40,000 nt of DNA from an uncultured Clostridia bacterium (GCA_944386115.1 CALWZV010000003.1:7582-47581); one strand, 5' to 3'. Positions 9,306-18,810 are shown, counted from the first letter of the stretch. Program-made: numbers and translations. Notes: generated by a model not told the origin, from the sequence alone.

Positions 9306-10322
9306 CTATTCTTTTATTATTTGTTTTATTACTTCAGCACGTTTTAAATCTCTCTCATACGAATCCAATTTTTTCCCTACATATTTTTGCAAATTAGCCG
9401 GTTTTGTATATAAGTTTAATTTGTTTACTTTTAAATCATTTAACTCTTGTATTATTCCTAAGTCAGTTCCAAGCTTTACATCTGATAATAACTTTCTGCA
9501 TTCATCTGCTGATATTTTTTTGCAATTTACTAAAATACCATATGCTCTATATACTCTATCTTCTAATTCTACTTCTTCTTTGCATAAATATTTTCTTGCT
9601 AACTTTTCTTGTTCTATTATTTTTTCTGTAATAACTTTTAAATTATTTGCAATCTCCTGTTCTGAGATTCCCAAGGATTGCTTGTTAGAAACTTGATATA
9701 TATTTCCCTGTGATTCGCTTCCTTCTCCATATATTCCTCTAATATTCATGCCAAAACTGTTTACAACTTCTAACACCTTTCTTATATTTCCTGTTAATGT
9801 AAGTGCTGTTAATTGTACCATTGTTGATATTCTCATACCTGTTCCTACATTAGTTGGACATGCAGTTAAAAATCCATATTTATCACTATAAGCATAGTTT
9901 AATAAAGTCTCTAATTTTTTATCTATTTCTATAGCTAAATTTAATGCATTTTCTATATCAAGTCCACTAGCTAGCACTTGTATCCTTAAATGGTCTTCTT
10001 CATTTATCATTATACATATGTTTTCTTCTTCATTTATTAATATTGCTTCAACATTATTTTTATCTATTGCAAATTCAGGACTTATTAAATGTTTTTCTAT
10101 TAGACTTAATTTTGTAATTTCATCCATATCTGATAATTTTAAAAACTTTAACCCATATCCAATACTTGGAGCAATATCTTGAACTCTATTTAGCACATTT
10201 AGGAAATCATTTTTTGTACACTTTGAAACAAACGGAATATCTGCTATATTTCTTGCAATCCTTATTCTTGTGCTCAAAACTACATCTGAATCCTTTCCAC
10301 TTTGTAAATACCAATTTAACAT
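9306..10322 (-). CDS. mcsB: protein arginine kinase McsB
   Basis: 338-aa ORF with a guanidino-kinase fold (CPTNVGTGMR) and the expected operon position. Confidence 0.9.
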   Translation of the reverse strand: MLNWYLQSGKDSDVVLSTRIRIARNIADIPFVSKCTKNDFLNVLNRVQDIAPSIGYGLKFLKLSDMDEITKLSLIEKHLISPEFAIDKNNVEAILINEEENICIMINEEDHLRIQVLASGLDIENALNLAIEIDKKLETLLNYAYSDKYGFLTACPTNVGTGMRISTMVQLTALTLTGNIRKVLEVVNSFGMNIRGIYGEGSESQGNIYQVSNKQSLGISEQEIANNLKVITEKIIEQEKLARKYLCKEEVELEDRVYRAYGILVNCKKISADECRKLLSDVKLGTDLGIIQELNDLKVNKLNLYTKPANLQKYVGKKLDSYERDLKRAEVIKQIIKE

Positions 10323-10338
10323 AAGATTTTCTCCTCCC

Positions 10339-10875
10339 CTACTCTAATTCTTTTATTTGATCTCTTACTTTTGCAGCTTCTTCATATTTTTCTTCTTTTA
10401 TTAAAACTTTAAGTTTTGCTTTTAGCTCATTTATTTTATCTTCTTTTTCACTTTGCTGATTTTCTATTTTAGTTTTTACTTTTTTGTTTTGAACATTTGA
10501 TTTTCTTCCTATATATTTTGTTTCACCATGTAATGTTTTTAATATAGGATCTAATCTGTTTTGGAATGTTTCATAGCAATCCTTACATCCAAATTTTCCT
10601 GTTTGTACAAATTCATCATATGTTAATCCACATGTTTTACATTTTGAACTCTGATTTGAAATTAATTTTGGCATAAATTCTGTTTCATAATCTCCTATTA
10701 AATTTCCAAATCCTCCAAAGAAATTTGAAAAATTGATTGGCATATCAAAACTTATTGAATCAATTCCTAATTTCTTAGCACAGTTTTCACAAAGAATCAT
10801 CTCCCTTTTTTCGCCATTAATTATTTGTGTATATTTAATATTTGCTTCATTTTCATTACAGTTTTGACATAACAT
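10339..10875 (-). CDS. mcsA: McsA, zinc-finger/UVR-domain activator of McsB
   Basis: MLCQNCNENEA..CENCA..CKTCG..CKDCY (four CxxC pairs) plus a C-terminal UVR motif EEKYEEAAKVRDQIKELE. I prefer the ATG at 10875, 9 nt after AAGGAG, over the TTG at 10884. Confidence 0.9.
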   Translation of the reverse strand: MLCQNCNENEANIKYTQIINGEKREMILCENCAKKLGIDSISFDMPINFSNFFGGFGNLIGDYETEFMPKLISNQSSKCKTCGLTYDEFVQTGKFGCKDCYETFQNRLDPILKTLHGETKYIGRKSNVQNKKVKTKIENQQSEKEDKINELKAKLKVLIKEEKYEEAAKVRDQIKELE

Positions 10876-10889
10876 AAAAATCAACTCCT

Positions 10890-11336
10890 TTATATTAAAT
10901 TTAATAACATATTCTTAAAGATATTTGCTCTTATTTTATCTTTTTGAGCATCTTTTATTTGAAGTACATTATCACTTGTTGCTACTTTTAAAAGTCTAGC
11001 TTCTTTTTCAGAGATAATTTCAGTTTCTAAAAAATTATTTATAAAAATGTTTACTTCACTTGCAGTTAATTTTTCTTTCATATTTTTTATTATATGCATT
11101 AAATAATTGCTTTTAGAAATATTAATTTTTTTTATTTTAATATTTCCTCCACCTCCTCTTTTACTTTCAACATAATACCCTTGGTTTGGAGTAAATCTTG
11201 TTGAAATCACATAATTTATTTGAGATGGTACACAATTAAAATGTTCTGCTAAATCATTTCTTTGTATTTCTATAAAATCCTCGTCATCTTTAAATAATTC
11301 TTTTATAAACTGTTCGATAATATCTGACATTATCAT
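10890..11336 (-). CDS. ctsR: class III stress-gene repressor CtsR
   Basis: 148-aa ORF, the first gene of ctsR-mcsA-mcsB-clpC. It contains the glycine loop KRGGGGNIKI, and a CtsR box lies upstream. Confidence 0.9.
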   Translation of the reverse strand: MIMSDIIEQFIKELFKDDEDFIEIQRNDLAEHFNCVPSQINYVISTRFTPNQGYYVESKRGGGGNIKIKKINISKSNYLMHIIKNMKEKLTASEVNIFINNFLETEIISEKEARLLKVATSDNVLQIKDAQKDKIRANIFKNMLLNLI

Positions 11337-11352
11337 AGTTTTTCACCTCTTT

Positions 11353-11375
11353 TTTGACTTTGACTTTCTTTGACT
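11353..11375 (-). promoter_or_regulatory. CtsR operator (heptad direct repeats) in the ctsR leader
   Basis: The minus-strand sequence is AGTCAAAGAAAGTCAAAGTCAAAA. It contains AGTCAAA-GAA-AGTCAAA, an exact fit to the known (A/G)GTCAAA-NAN-(A/G)GTCAAA consensus, plus a third abutting GTCAAA. Confidence 0.8.
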
Positions 11376-11406
11376 TTCAATATTAATAGTATACTACAAA
11401 TTTAAA

Positions 11407-11437
11407 AACATTCAAATTCCATATTTGAATGTTTTTT
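11407..11437. terminator. rho-independent terminator separating the lexA region from the ctsR operon
   Basis: AACATTCAAAT (11407-11417) pairs with ATTTGAATGTT (11423-11433). A and T runs flank both sides. Confidence 0.75.
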
Positions 11438-11482
11438 ATTATATTTGTGATTTATCTGGTTTTACTTTTGCTTTTTATATAT

Positions 11483-11647
11483 TTATCTTCTATTTTCTTC
11501 CTTTTTTGATATGTTTTCCATCTTTCCAGCTCTTCTTTTCTGCTTTTCTATCGGTAGCCAATGAAACTGAGAACAAACATATTCTCCATATTTTGTTACA
11601 TCTTCTGTTAAATCATCTTCTGTTCCATTACCATTTTCTTTTTGCAT
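11483..11647 (-). CDS. hypothetical small protein (54 aa), below the ORF-track cutoff
   Basis: My own translation is MQKENGNGTEDDLTEDVTKYGEYVCSQFHWLPIEKQKRRAGKMENISKKEENRR. An AAAGGA RBS lies upstream and a terminator follows directly. I did not recognise a family. Confidence 0.4.
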   Translation of the reverse strand: MQKENGNGTEDDLTEDVTKYGEYVCSQFHWLPIEKQKRRAGKMENISKKEENRR

Positions 11648-11719
11648 GTTAAAATCATCCTTTCTATTGGTTCTATAAATAGTATTAACAAAAGATTAAC
11701 AAGTTATAACTCTTATTTA

Positions 11720-12383
11720 TTATATTTTTCTAAATACACCTGAAACTTTGCCAAGAATTTCGCAATTTGGAACAATAATTGGACTCATTGTAGAGTTTTC
11801 TGGCTGTAATCTTATGTGATCCTTTTCTTTATAAAATGTTTTTACTGTAGCTTCATCTCCAATTAATGCAACTACTATCTCTCCATTATTTGCCGTTGAT
11901 TGTTTTTTTACTAATATATAATCTCCATCTAATATTCCGAGCTTCTATCATGCTTTCTCCTCTAACTGTTAGCATAAAGCTTTCACTATTACCTACAAAA
12001 TCTATTGGAATAGGAAATGTATCTGTTACATTTTCTACAGCAAGTATTGGCTCTCCAGCTGTTATTTTTCCTATTACTGGTACTTCAACCATTTCTTTGC
12101 CACCATAAAATGGCTTTTCAGTTTTTTCTTCAGCACCACCTTTTAATAACCTTAATGTCCTTCCTTTCTGATTTTCCTTTTGTATATATCCTTTTTGTGC
12201 TAATTTTGCTAAATATCCATGTACGGTAGCTGTTGACTTCAATCCTACTGCTTTTCCTATTTCTCTTACTGATGGTGGATATCCATTTTCTTTTGTTTGT
12301 TTTTCTATAAATTTTATTATTGCTTTTTCTCTCTTATTTATTGCATTAGGATCTTTTTTCTTCATTTTATTATCACTCCTCAT
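11720..12383 (-). CDS. lexA: LexA repressor, frame interrupted (+1 at sense C = plus 11940)
   Basis: The track ORF 11886-12383 gives the winged-helix N-terminus and ..[13 protein letters not shown], then goes out of frame. The +1 frame continues [44 protein letters not shown], which includes the S24 peptidase Ser and Lys. Length is 664 nt, i.e. 3n+1. Confidence 0.9.
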
Positions 12384-12422
12384 ATGTTTTTTATAATACT
12401 ATCATAAATAATATAAAAAGTC

Positions 12423-12434
12423 AAACAAAAGTTT
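12423..12434. promoter_or_regulatory. candidate degenerate SOS (Cheo-type) box upstream of lexA
   Basis: Perfect palindrome AAAC-AAAA-GTTT about 40 nt upstream of the lexA start. The Firmicute consensus core is GAAC-N4-GTTC, so both outer bases differ. Confidence 0.3.
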
Positions 12435-12493
12435 TTATTTTTTTAAATTTATATAATATATTTATTTCAAAATCATATTTTTTAAACCTAACA

Positions 12494-13366
12494 TTAAATA
12501 ATTAAATCTCTTTTCAAAAAGTTACTATTTAATATTCCAATTCCTATAAATTTATTCTTTTCACTATATATTTTATATATCCCATCTTCTTTTTTTATAT
12601 TTAATTTTACTCCATTTAAAAACTTGTTTAAATTTTGCTCATCTAGTATTATGCTTTTATTTCGCTTAAACACATCTTCTATTTTTATTAGATGTTCTTC
12701 TATAAATTTACAATCATTTTTATTTTTTTCCAGTTCTTCTAACTTAAATGACTTTTCTATATCAAATATGTCCAACTTTGTTCTTTCTAATTCTTTCATA
12801 TATCCTAAATTGTCTAGCTTTTCTGCTATATCTTCACAAAGTGCTCTTATATAGGTACCTTTTGAACACTTTACTTTAAATTTAATTTCTTCATCTGCTA
12901 TATTTAATAATTCAATATCATATATTATAATTTTTCTAGGTTTAATTTCTACACTTTCATTATTCAATGCATATTCATACAATTTTTTACCATTTACTTT
13001 TATTGCAGAATATATTGGTGGAATTTGCATTTGTTCCCCAACAAAAGACTGTAGAACTTTTTCTACATTTTCTTTTTGTAAAGTATACTTATTAATGTTT
13101 TTTTTATTTAGTATCTCTCCTTCTTCATCTTTAGTAGTTCTTTTTTCGCCAAGCTTTATTGTTGCAATATATGTTTTATCATGTTCTATTAAATATTTAG
13201 AAAGTCTTGTTCCTTTTCCAATTAGAATCACTAAAACACCTGTTGCATTTGGATCTAATGTTCCAGCATGTCCAACTTTTTTTTCATTTAATATTTTTCT
13301 TACCTTATAAACTACATCATGTGAAGAATATCCTTTTTCCTTATTTATAATTAAAATTCCATCCAT
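12494..13366 (-). CDS. truB: tRNA pseudouridine(55) synthase TruB
   Basis: 290-aa ORF with GILIINKEKGYSSHDVV and GHAGTLDPNATGVL (catalytic Asp motif). Confidence 0.9.
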   Translation of the reverse strand: MDGILIINKEKGYSSHDVVYKVRKILNEKKVGHAGTLDPNATGVLVILIGKGTRLSKYLIEHDKTYIATIKLGEKRTTKDEEGEILNKKNINKYTLQKENVEKVLQSFVGEQMQIPPIYSAIKVNGKKLYEYALNNESVEIKPRKIIIYDIELLNIADEEIKFKVKCSKGTYIRALCEDIAEKLDNLGYMKELERTKLDIFDIEKSFKLEELEKNKNDCKFIEEHLIKIEDVFKRNKSIILDEQNLNKFLNGVKLNIKKEDGIYKIYSEKNKFIGIGILNSNFLKRDLII

Positions 13367-13377
13367 TTATTTTATAA

Positions 13378-13410
13378 AACGCCAAACTTAAGAACCTTAA
13401 GTTTGGCGTT
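13378..13410. terminator. strong rho-independent terminator after tsf
   Basis: 15-bp stem: AACGCCAAACTTAAG (13378-13392) pairs with CTTAAGTTTGGCGTT (13396-13410), with a 3-nt loop. On the minus strand it is followed by TTTTATAAAA. Confidence 0.85.
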
Positions 13411-13428
13411 TCCCTCCTGTTTTTACTA

Positions 13429-14307
13429 TTATTTAATTTGTTTTGCTACTTCTTCTGCAAAATTCTCTTCTTTCTTCTCTAGGCCTTCACCTTTTTCATA
13501 TCTTACAAATCTTACAAGTTCAGCATTTTTTTGTGAAATTAATTTTTGTACATTTATATCTGGGTCTTTTACAAAAGGCTGTTCTAATAAACAAATTTCT
13601 GAATAAAATTTTCCAATTCTTCCTTGTACTATTTTTTCTGCAATTTGTTCTGGTTTTCCTTCATTCATTGCTTGTGCTTTTAGTATTTCCATTTCTTTTG
13701 CAACTTTTTCTTGTGGTACAGATTCTCTATTCAAATATTCTGGTCTTGCTGCTGCAATTTGCATACATATATCTTTTGCAACTTCTGTATCACCTTTTGC
13801 AAGTTCAACTAAAACTGCTATTTTTCCATCTCCATGTATATAGCTTTCTATTAGTCCTGTTGTCTCAAATCTTTCAAATCTTCTTATTGTCATGTTTTCA
13901 CCAATTGTAGCAATTTTATCTGTTAATATTTCTTTTATTGTTTTAGAAGAATCTTTAATTGACTTTTGGTTTAATAGTTCTTCCATATCTTTTGGATTTT
14001 CTTTTGCAACTTGTTCAACTAAGTCTTTTACAAAACTTCTAAAATCTTCATTTTTTGCTACAAAATCTGTTTCAGAATTTACTTCTACTACAGCTCCAAT
14101 TTTTTTATCTTCTGAAACATATGCTGCAACTAATCCTTCTGCTGCTATTCTATCTGATTTTTTTGCTGCTTTTGCAATTCCTCTTTCTCTTAATAATTCT
14201 GCAGCCTTTTCCATATCTCCATCAGTTTCTGTTAAAACTTTTTTGCAGTCCATCATTCCTGCACCTGTTTTTTCTCTTAATTCTTTTACAAGCTCTGCTG
14301 TAATCAT
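13429..14307 (-). CDS. tsf: elongation factor Ts
   Basis: MITAELVKELREKTGAGMMDCKKVL (UBA-like N-terminus). I prefer the ATG at 14307, preceded by AGGAGG, over the 14334 start in the track. Confidence 0.95.
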   Translation of the reverse strand: MITAELVKELREKTGAGMMDCKKVLTETDGDMEKAAELLRERGIAKAAKKSDRIAAEGLVAAYVSEDKKIGAVVEVNSETDFVAKNEDFRSFVKDLVEQVAKENPKDMEELLNQKSIKDSSKTIKEILTDKIATIGENMTIRRFERFETTGLIESYIHGDGKIAVLVELAKGDTEVAKDICMQIAAARPEYLNRESVPQEKVAKEMEILKAQAMNEGKPEQIAEKIVQGRIGKFYSEICLLEQPFVKDPDINVQKLISQKNAELVRFVRYEKGEGLEKKEENFAEEVAKQIK

Positions 14308-14353
14308 ATTTTTTCCTCCTATTCTAATTTGCATATATATGCATAATTTAAAA

Positions 14354-15151
14354 TTATTCTTTAACAGTTTCAGTTTCTTCTGCTACAACTTCTTCCATAC
14401 TTGGACTTTCTTCATTATTTTCTTTTTCTGCTACATCTTCTTGTTCTTCTACAACTGGCTGAATAACTTCTCCTTGTTTACCTTCTATAACTGCATTTGC
14501 AATTACATCTGCTATTAATTTTACAGCACGTATTGCATCATCATTACCAGGAATTACATAATCAATACCTTCTGGGCTACAGTTTGTGTCAACAAGACCT
14601 ACAACTGGTATGTTTAATTTTTTAGCTTCTAATATTGCAATTCTTTCTTTATTAGGATCAACAATAAATAATACACCTGGTAATTTTGTCATTTCTTTTA
14701 TACCACCAAGGTTTTTTTCAAGTTTTTCCTTTTCTGCTTTTAATTTTATAACTTCTTTTTTAGGTAACTTTTCAAATGTTCCATCTGTCTCCATCATTTC
14801 TAAGCTTTTAAGTCTATTTATTCTTTTTTGAATTGTTCCAAAATTTGTTAACATTCCTCCAAGCCATCTTTGATCAATATAATACATATTACATTTAATT
14901 GCTGCCTCTTTCATACATTCTTGTGCTTGTTTTTTTGTTCCAACAAATAATATGTCCTTATCTGCTTCTGCTTGTTCTTTTATAAATTTGTATGCCTCAT
15001 CTAATTTTTTTGATGTCTTTTGTAAATCAATAATATGGATTCCATTTCTAGCTTGAAATATGTATTCAGCCATTTTAGGATTCCATCTTCTTGTTTGGTG
15101 ACCAAAATGTACACCTGCTTCTAGTAATTGTTTCATAGCTACTACTGCCAT
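14354..15151 (-). CDS. rpsB: 30S ribosomal protein S2 with an acidic C-terminal extension
   Basis: [27 protein letters not shown]. The ATG at 15151 is preceded by GGAGG. Confidence 0.95.
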   Translation of the reverse strand: MAVVAMKQLLEAGVHFGHQTRRWNPKMAEYIFQARNGIHIIDLQKTSKKLDEAYKFIKEQAEADKDILFVGTKKQAQECMKEAAIKCNMYYIDQRWLGGMLTNFGTIQKRINRLKSLEMMETDGTFEKLPKKEVIKLKAEKEKLEKNLGGIKEMTKLPGVLFIVDPNKERIAILEAKKLNIPVVGLVDTNCSPEGIDYVIPGNDDAIRAVKLIADVIANAVIEGKQGEVIQPVVEEQEDVAEKENNEESPSMEEVVAEETETVKE

Positions 15152-15285
15152 TTTAATTTCCTCCTTAAATTTAGTTTTTACCTCCACAAAAGGTTATCAT
15201 TTAAAAACACTTAAACCTTGTAATTTAAGCACTCTTTTTAAACTAACTTTTGTGTGCATTTTTTAACTTTTATATTTTACCAAAA

Positions 15286-15309
15286 AAAGTACTTAAATGC
15301 AAGTACTTT
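15286..15309. terminator. bidirectional terminator between recO and the rpsB promoter region
   Basis: AAAGTACTT (15286-15294) pairs with AAGTACTTT (15301-15309). An A7 run lies on one side and a T run on the other. Confidence 0.7.
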
Positions 15310-15371
15310 TAACTATTTTTTAGTTAAGCCTTAATTATTATTTTAAAATTCAGTTTTAAAAGATGTAGATT

Positions 15372-16071
15372 TTAGTTTTCTATTTTCTCATTGAAATATA
15401 ATTTGGATATTAAATCTAGTTCTCTTATAATTTCTTCTGGTATATTAAATGAATATAATTTTTCAATTGGAGATAATATTGTATATCTAATTGCATCTTT
15501 TGTACCATTTTGCATTTTTATGGAACTTTTATCTACTGCTCCACATGTTTCACATTTAAAGCCATTTGACTTCAAACTAAAATATCTTAAATTTTCTTCT
15601 GATTTACATTCTGTACACTTTTTTATTTCTGGCATAAACCCAAGTATTGAAATAAGTTTCAGTTTAAATGTAGCTAATACTAATTTTAAATTTTTTTCTT
15701 TTTCAGAAATAATATATAAAGTATTTAAATATAATCTTAATATTTTATAACTATTTTGGTTTTCATTAGTTACATCATTTATTATTTTGGTTATTTCAGA
15801 TGCTATATTTAATTTATCTAAGTCAGTCCTTATATTGTAAAATAATTCTATAGTTTCACATGAACTCATATTATATAAATTGCTTCCCTTATATATCATA
15901 TATTCACCAAAACACAAAAATTGTGTTCCAGCTAAAAGAGAACTTTTTGTTCTTCTTGCTCCTTTTGCTGCACATTCAATTTTTCCGCAAATTTGGTGTT
16001 AATATTGTTAGTATTTTGTCAGAATCATTCATATATTTTTCAGCAATTACTATTCCTTTTATTTTCTGCAT
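15372..16071 (-). CDS. recO: DNA repair protein RecO, frame interrupted (+1 at sense C = plus 15987)
   Basis: The track ORF 15372-15917 holds the C-terminal part with the zinc-finger CTECK..CETCG. My upstream translation from the ATG at 16071 is MQKIKGIVIAEKYMNDSDKILTILTPNL|GKIECAAKGARRTKSSLLAGTQFLCFGEYMIYKG (OB-fold N-terminus), which joins only if one C is skipped. Length is 700 nt, i.e. 3n+1. Confidence 0.85.
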
Positions 16072-16186
16072 TCCCATCTGGCTTCACCTTTATATCTTTC
16101 TCTATGTTTTCTACCTCTAATAGTTCTAGAAAAGTATTTATATTCCCAGTATTCTTAAAAGTATTCCATGCTAAATTCCTTATCAT
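16040..16186 (-). CDS. YqzL-like small protein (48 aa), overlapping the recO start
   Basis: My own translation is MIRNLAWNTFKNTGNINTFLELLEVENIEKDIKVKPDGNAENKRNSNC, with a GAGGTGA RBS upstream. It sits between era and recO, the same position as yqzL in Bacillus. The W..F..TG.I..YL pattern resembles my recollection of that family. Confidence 0.55.
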   Translation of the reverse strand: MIRNLAWNTFKNTGNINTFLELLEVENIEKDIKVKPDGNAENKRNSNC

Positions 16187-16356
16187 AAGCGTATCACCTC
16201 TAAAATTGTTATTGATAAATTTATCTTAAATTTATTTTCCCTCAACTCCTATTTTTAATACATATTTTTAATTAATTTTATCACGCTTGTATAAAGAATT
16301 TTGTTATCTTTTGTAATTTTATTTTTGTTTTTTTACATCTTTTTTTACTTGACTTT

Positions 16357-17295
16357 TTAATTTTGTGTGTTTTTAAACTTTTTAAGTATATTAGAATTGT
16401 CTACCCAATTTTCTTGTACCTTTACCCAAAGTTTTAAATTAACCTTCTCTTTTAACATCTTTTCTACATTTTCTCTTGAATATGAGCCAATCTTCTTTAG
16501 CATAGCTCCATCTTTTCCAATTATTATTCCTTTATGAGATTTTTTTGTGCAATATATTACAGCTTCGACATCAAAAATTTTTTCTCCTTTTGATGTTTTC
16601 CTTTTTTTCATTTTACTAACTTCTACATATATTCCATGAGGAATCTCTTGACTTAGTAGCTTCAAAGCCTTTTCTCTTATTATTTCCTCTATTATCTCCC
16701 TTGTAGTTTGTGTTGTATATTCTTCTTTATCATAATATGCTGGTCCTTCTGGTAATTCTTTTTCTATTTCAGATAATAATTCTTCTTTTCCTTCTCCCTT
16801 TAATGCTGAAAGTAGTATTACAGCACTAAATTCATATTCTTTTCTATAATTTTCAATTTCTTTTAATAAACTTTCTTTTTTTACTAGATCAATTTTATTT
16901 ATAACAAGAATTACTTTTCGTTTCTTTTCCTTCAATTTATCAAGCAATAATCTATTTTCTTCATTTATTTCATGTTGTTTTGCATCAACTATGAATAGCA
17001 CAATATCAGCTTCTTGTATAGAATTTATAGCTGTTTCAATCATAAACTTTCCTAATTTGTTCTTTGGCTTGTGTATTCCCGGAGTATCTATAAATATAAT
17101 TTGTGAATTTTCTCTATTTATTATTGCTTTTATTTCTGTCCTAGTCGTCTGTGGTTTACTTGTTGTTATTGCTATTTTTTCATTAGCTAAACAATTTATT
17201 AATGTTGATTTTCCTACATTTGTTTTTCCAATTATGGCTACAAAACCTGATTTGAATTTTTCCACTTCTTTCCTCCTATAATTTTCCATATACAA
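16357..17295 (-). CDS. era: GTPase Era
   Basis: 312-aa ORF with G1 GKTNVGKST, G3 DTPG, G4 NKID and a C-terminal KH domain. Confidence 0.95.
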   Translation of the reverse strand: MYMENYRRKEVEKFKSGFVAIIGKTNVGKSTLINCLANEKIAITTSKPQTTRTEIKAIINRENSQIIFIDTPGIHKPKNKLGKFMIETAINSIQEADIVLFIVDAKQHEINEENRLLLDKLKEKKRKVILVINKIDLVKKESLLKEIENYRKEYEFSAVILLSALKGEGKEELLSEIEKELPEGPAYYDKEEYTTQTTREIIEEIIREKALKLLSQEIPHGIYVEVSKMKKRKTSKGEKIFDVEAVIYCTKKSHKGIIIGKDGAMLKKIGSYSRENVEKMLKEKVNLKLWVKVQENWVDNSNILKKFKNTQN

Positions 17296-17337
17296 TAATA
17301 ATAGGCTGACATAAAAAATTCCTATCAGCCCATTTTT

Positions 17338-18435
17338 TTATTCAAAAGTTACTTCTGTATTAGTTGGACATATTTGTATAAATGTGTTTCCATCATTTAC
17401 TTCTATTTCATTTCCCTGCAAATCCTTATAAACAGTTTTTTCAGTTCTACTTGGTTTATCACATATTATTTTTATTGCTTTCCCATTTGTTATATAATAT
17501 CCATCTTTTTGACCTACATTATTCAAGCCCTGTCTTCCTTTATTCTCAGCATCTTGTAATGTATAATTATCTGCAAATGTTATTATTATATTTTTTGTAG
17601 TTATCTCTTCTTCTGTATTCCAATCTGTTGCTTTTTCTCCTCTTTCATATCTTGTATATCTTTTAGTTTCTGGATTATACTGATATGTTGCTTTCACATA
17701 TGAAGTTGTAGGTATGTACACATTTGTTGCAATAATTCCATCTTCTAATTCGACTTCGTCAGTTACATAATTTAATACACTTTCTTCTTCTGATGTAAGT
17801 CTATATTCATATCTTTCTGCTATTTTCAATATGTTAGCTGTGGCTGTTACCGCATTATGTGGCTGATATTTTTCCTTATCTCTCCAAAAATCTGATGAAC
17901 TTTGAACTAATCCATTTATATTATCAACATCATATTTTGATATATCAGATTCTGCTTGTGGACTCCAACCATAATGTACATAAATTGCATCATTTTCTAA
18001 AGCATAATCTAAGAAATAGTGCCTTGAACTCCTTATTGGACCTATTCTCTCTAGGTCTTTTCCTTTAAATAATGCCATTAGTCTTGTTTCTGCCCCTTCT
18101 ACTACTATCTCATATACAATATATGCATCATTTAAACCTGCTTGTGGCCATGCATTTTTATTATTATCTATCATAACAGCAATTGGTCTATCTGTTCCAC
18201 TATATATTTGAACCTGTGGTTCTACAATTTCAACCTCTTCTTGTTTTGAAGTTTCATCTATTGTTTGTACTGGCAAAGTATTATTTCTTTCAATTATCTT
18301 TAATGCTAGAAGTCCACCAATAACAATTATTAATATAATAAGTATGATGAACAATATTAATGTTCCTTTAGATTTTTTTTCATTTCCGATATGATCTTGT
18401 TGACATATTCCTCTCCTTTTAAAGAATTTTATCAT
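17338..18435 (-). CDS. DUF3048-family exported or membrane-anchored protein
   Basis: 365-aa ORF with an N-terminal TM helix and PIAVMIDNNKNAWPQAGLNDAYIVYEIVVEGAETRLMALF, typical of DUF3048 (YerB-like). Confidence 0.7.
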   Translation of the reverse strand: MIKFFKRRGICQQDHIGNEKKSKGTLILFIILIILIIVIGGLLALKIIERNNTLPVQTIDETSKQEEVEIVEPQVQIYSGTDRPIAVMIDNNKNAWPQAGLNDAYIVYEIVVEGAETRLMALFKGKDLERIGPIRSSRHYFLDYALENDAIYVHYGWSPQAESDISKYDVDNINGLVQSSSDFWRDKEKYQPHNAVTATANILKIAERYEYRLTSEEESVLNYVTDEVELEDGIIATNVYIPTTSYVKATYQYNPETKRYTRYERGEKATDWNTEEEITTKNIIITFADNYTLQDAENKGRQGLNNVGQKDGYYITNGKAIKIICDKPSRTEKTVYKDLQGNEIEVNDGNTFIQICPTNTEVTFE

Positions 18436-18781
18436 AAAATATTATTATTGCAACAATTATTGAATTAATTGAAGCGAGCAAAACTGCTCCAGCAGCTATA
18501 TCTTTTGCAAATTTTGCTTTATCATGAAATTTTTCTGTATATAAGTTAACAACTTCTTCTATAGATGTATTTATCATTTCAGCAACTAATACTATAAATA
18601 TAGACAATACTAAAAACAACAACTCTATTTTTGACACCTTAAATATTATTGCAACTATAATAACTAGTATAGTTATTATCAATTGTATTTTCATATTTCT
18701 TTGAGTTTTTATGCCATATATTAAACCCTTAATTGCATTTTTTAATGCCTCCCTAAAATTAGCATTTCGTATTTTCCCCAT
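18419..18781 (-). CDS. dgkA: diacylglycerol/undecaprenol kinase (DgkA family)
   Basis: 120-aa three-TM ORF with the N-terminal FREALKNAIKGL motif. It sits downstream of ybeY, the conserved arrangement. Confidence 0.85.
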   Translation of the reverse strand: MGKIRNANFREALKNAIKGLIYGIKTQRNMKIQLIITILVIIVAIIFKVSKIELLFLVLSIFIVLVAEMINTSIEEVVNLYTEKFHDKAKFAKDIAAGAVLLASINSIIVAIIIFYDKIL

Positions 18782-18810
18782 TTATATTTTTGTTTTTCCT
18801 TCCTATTTTA

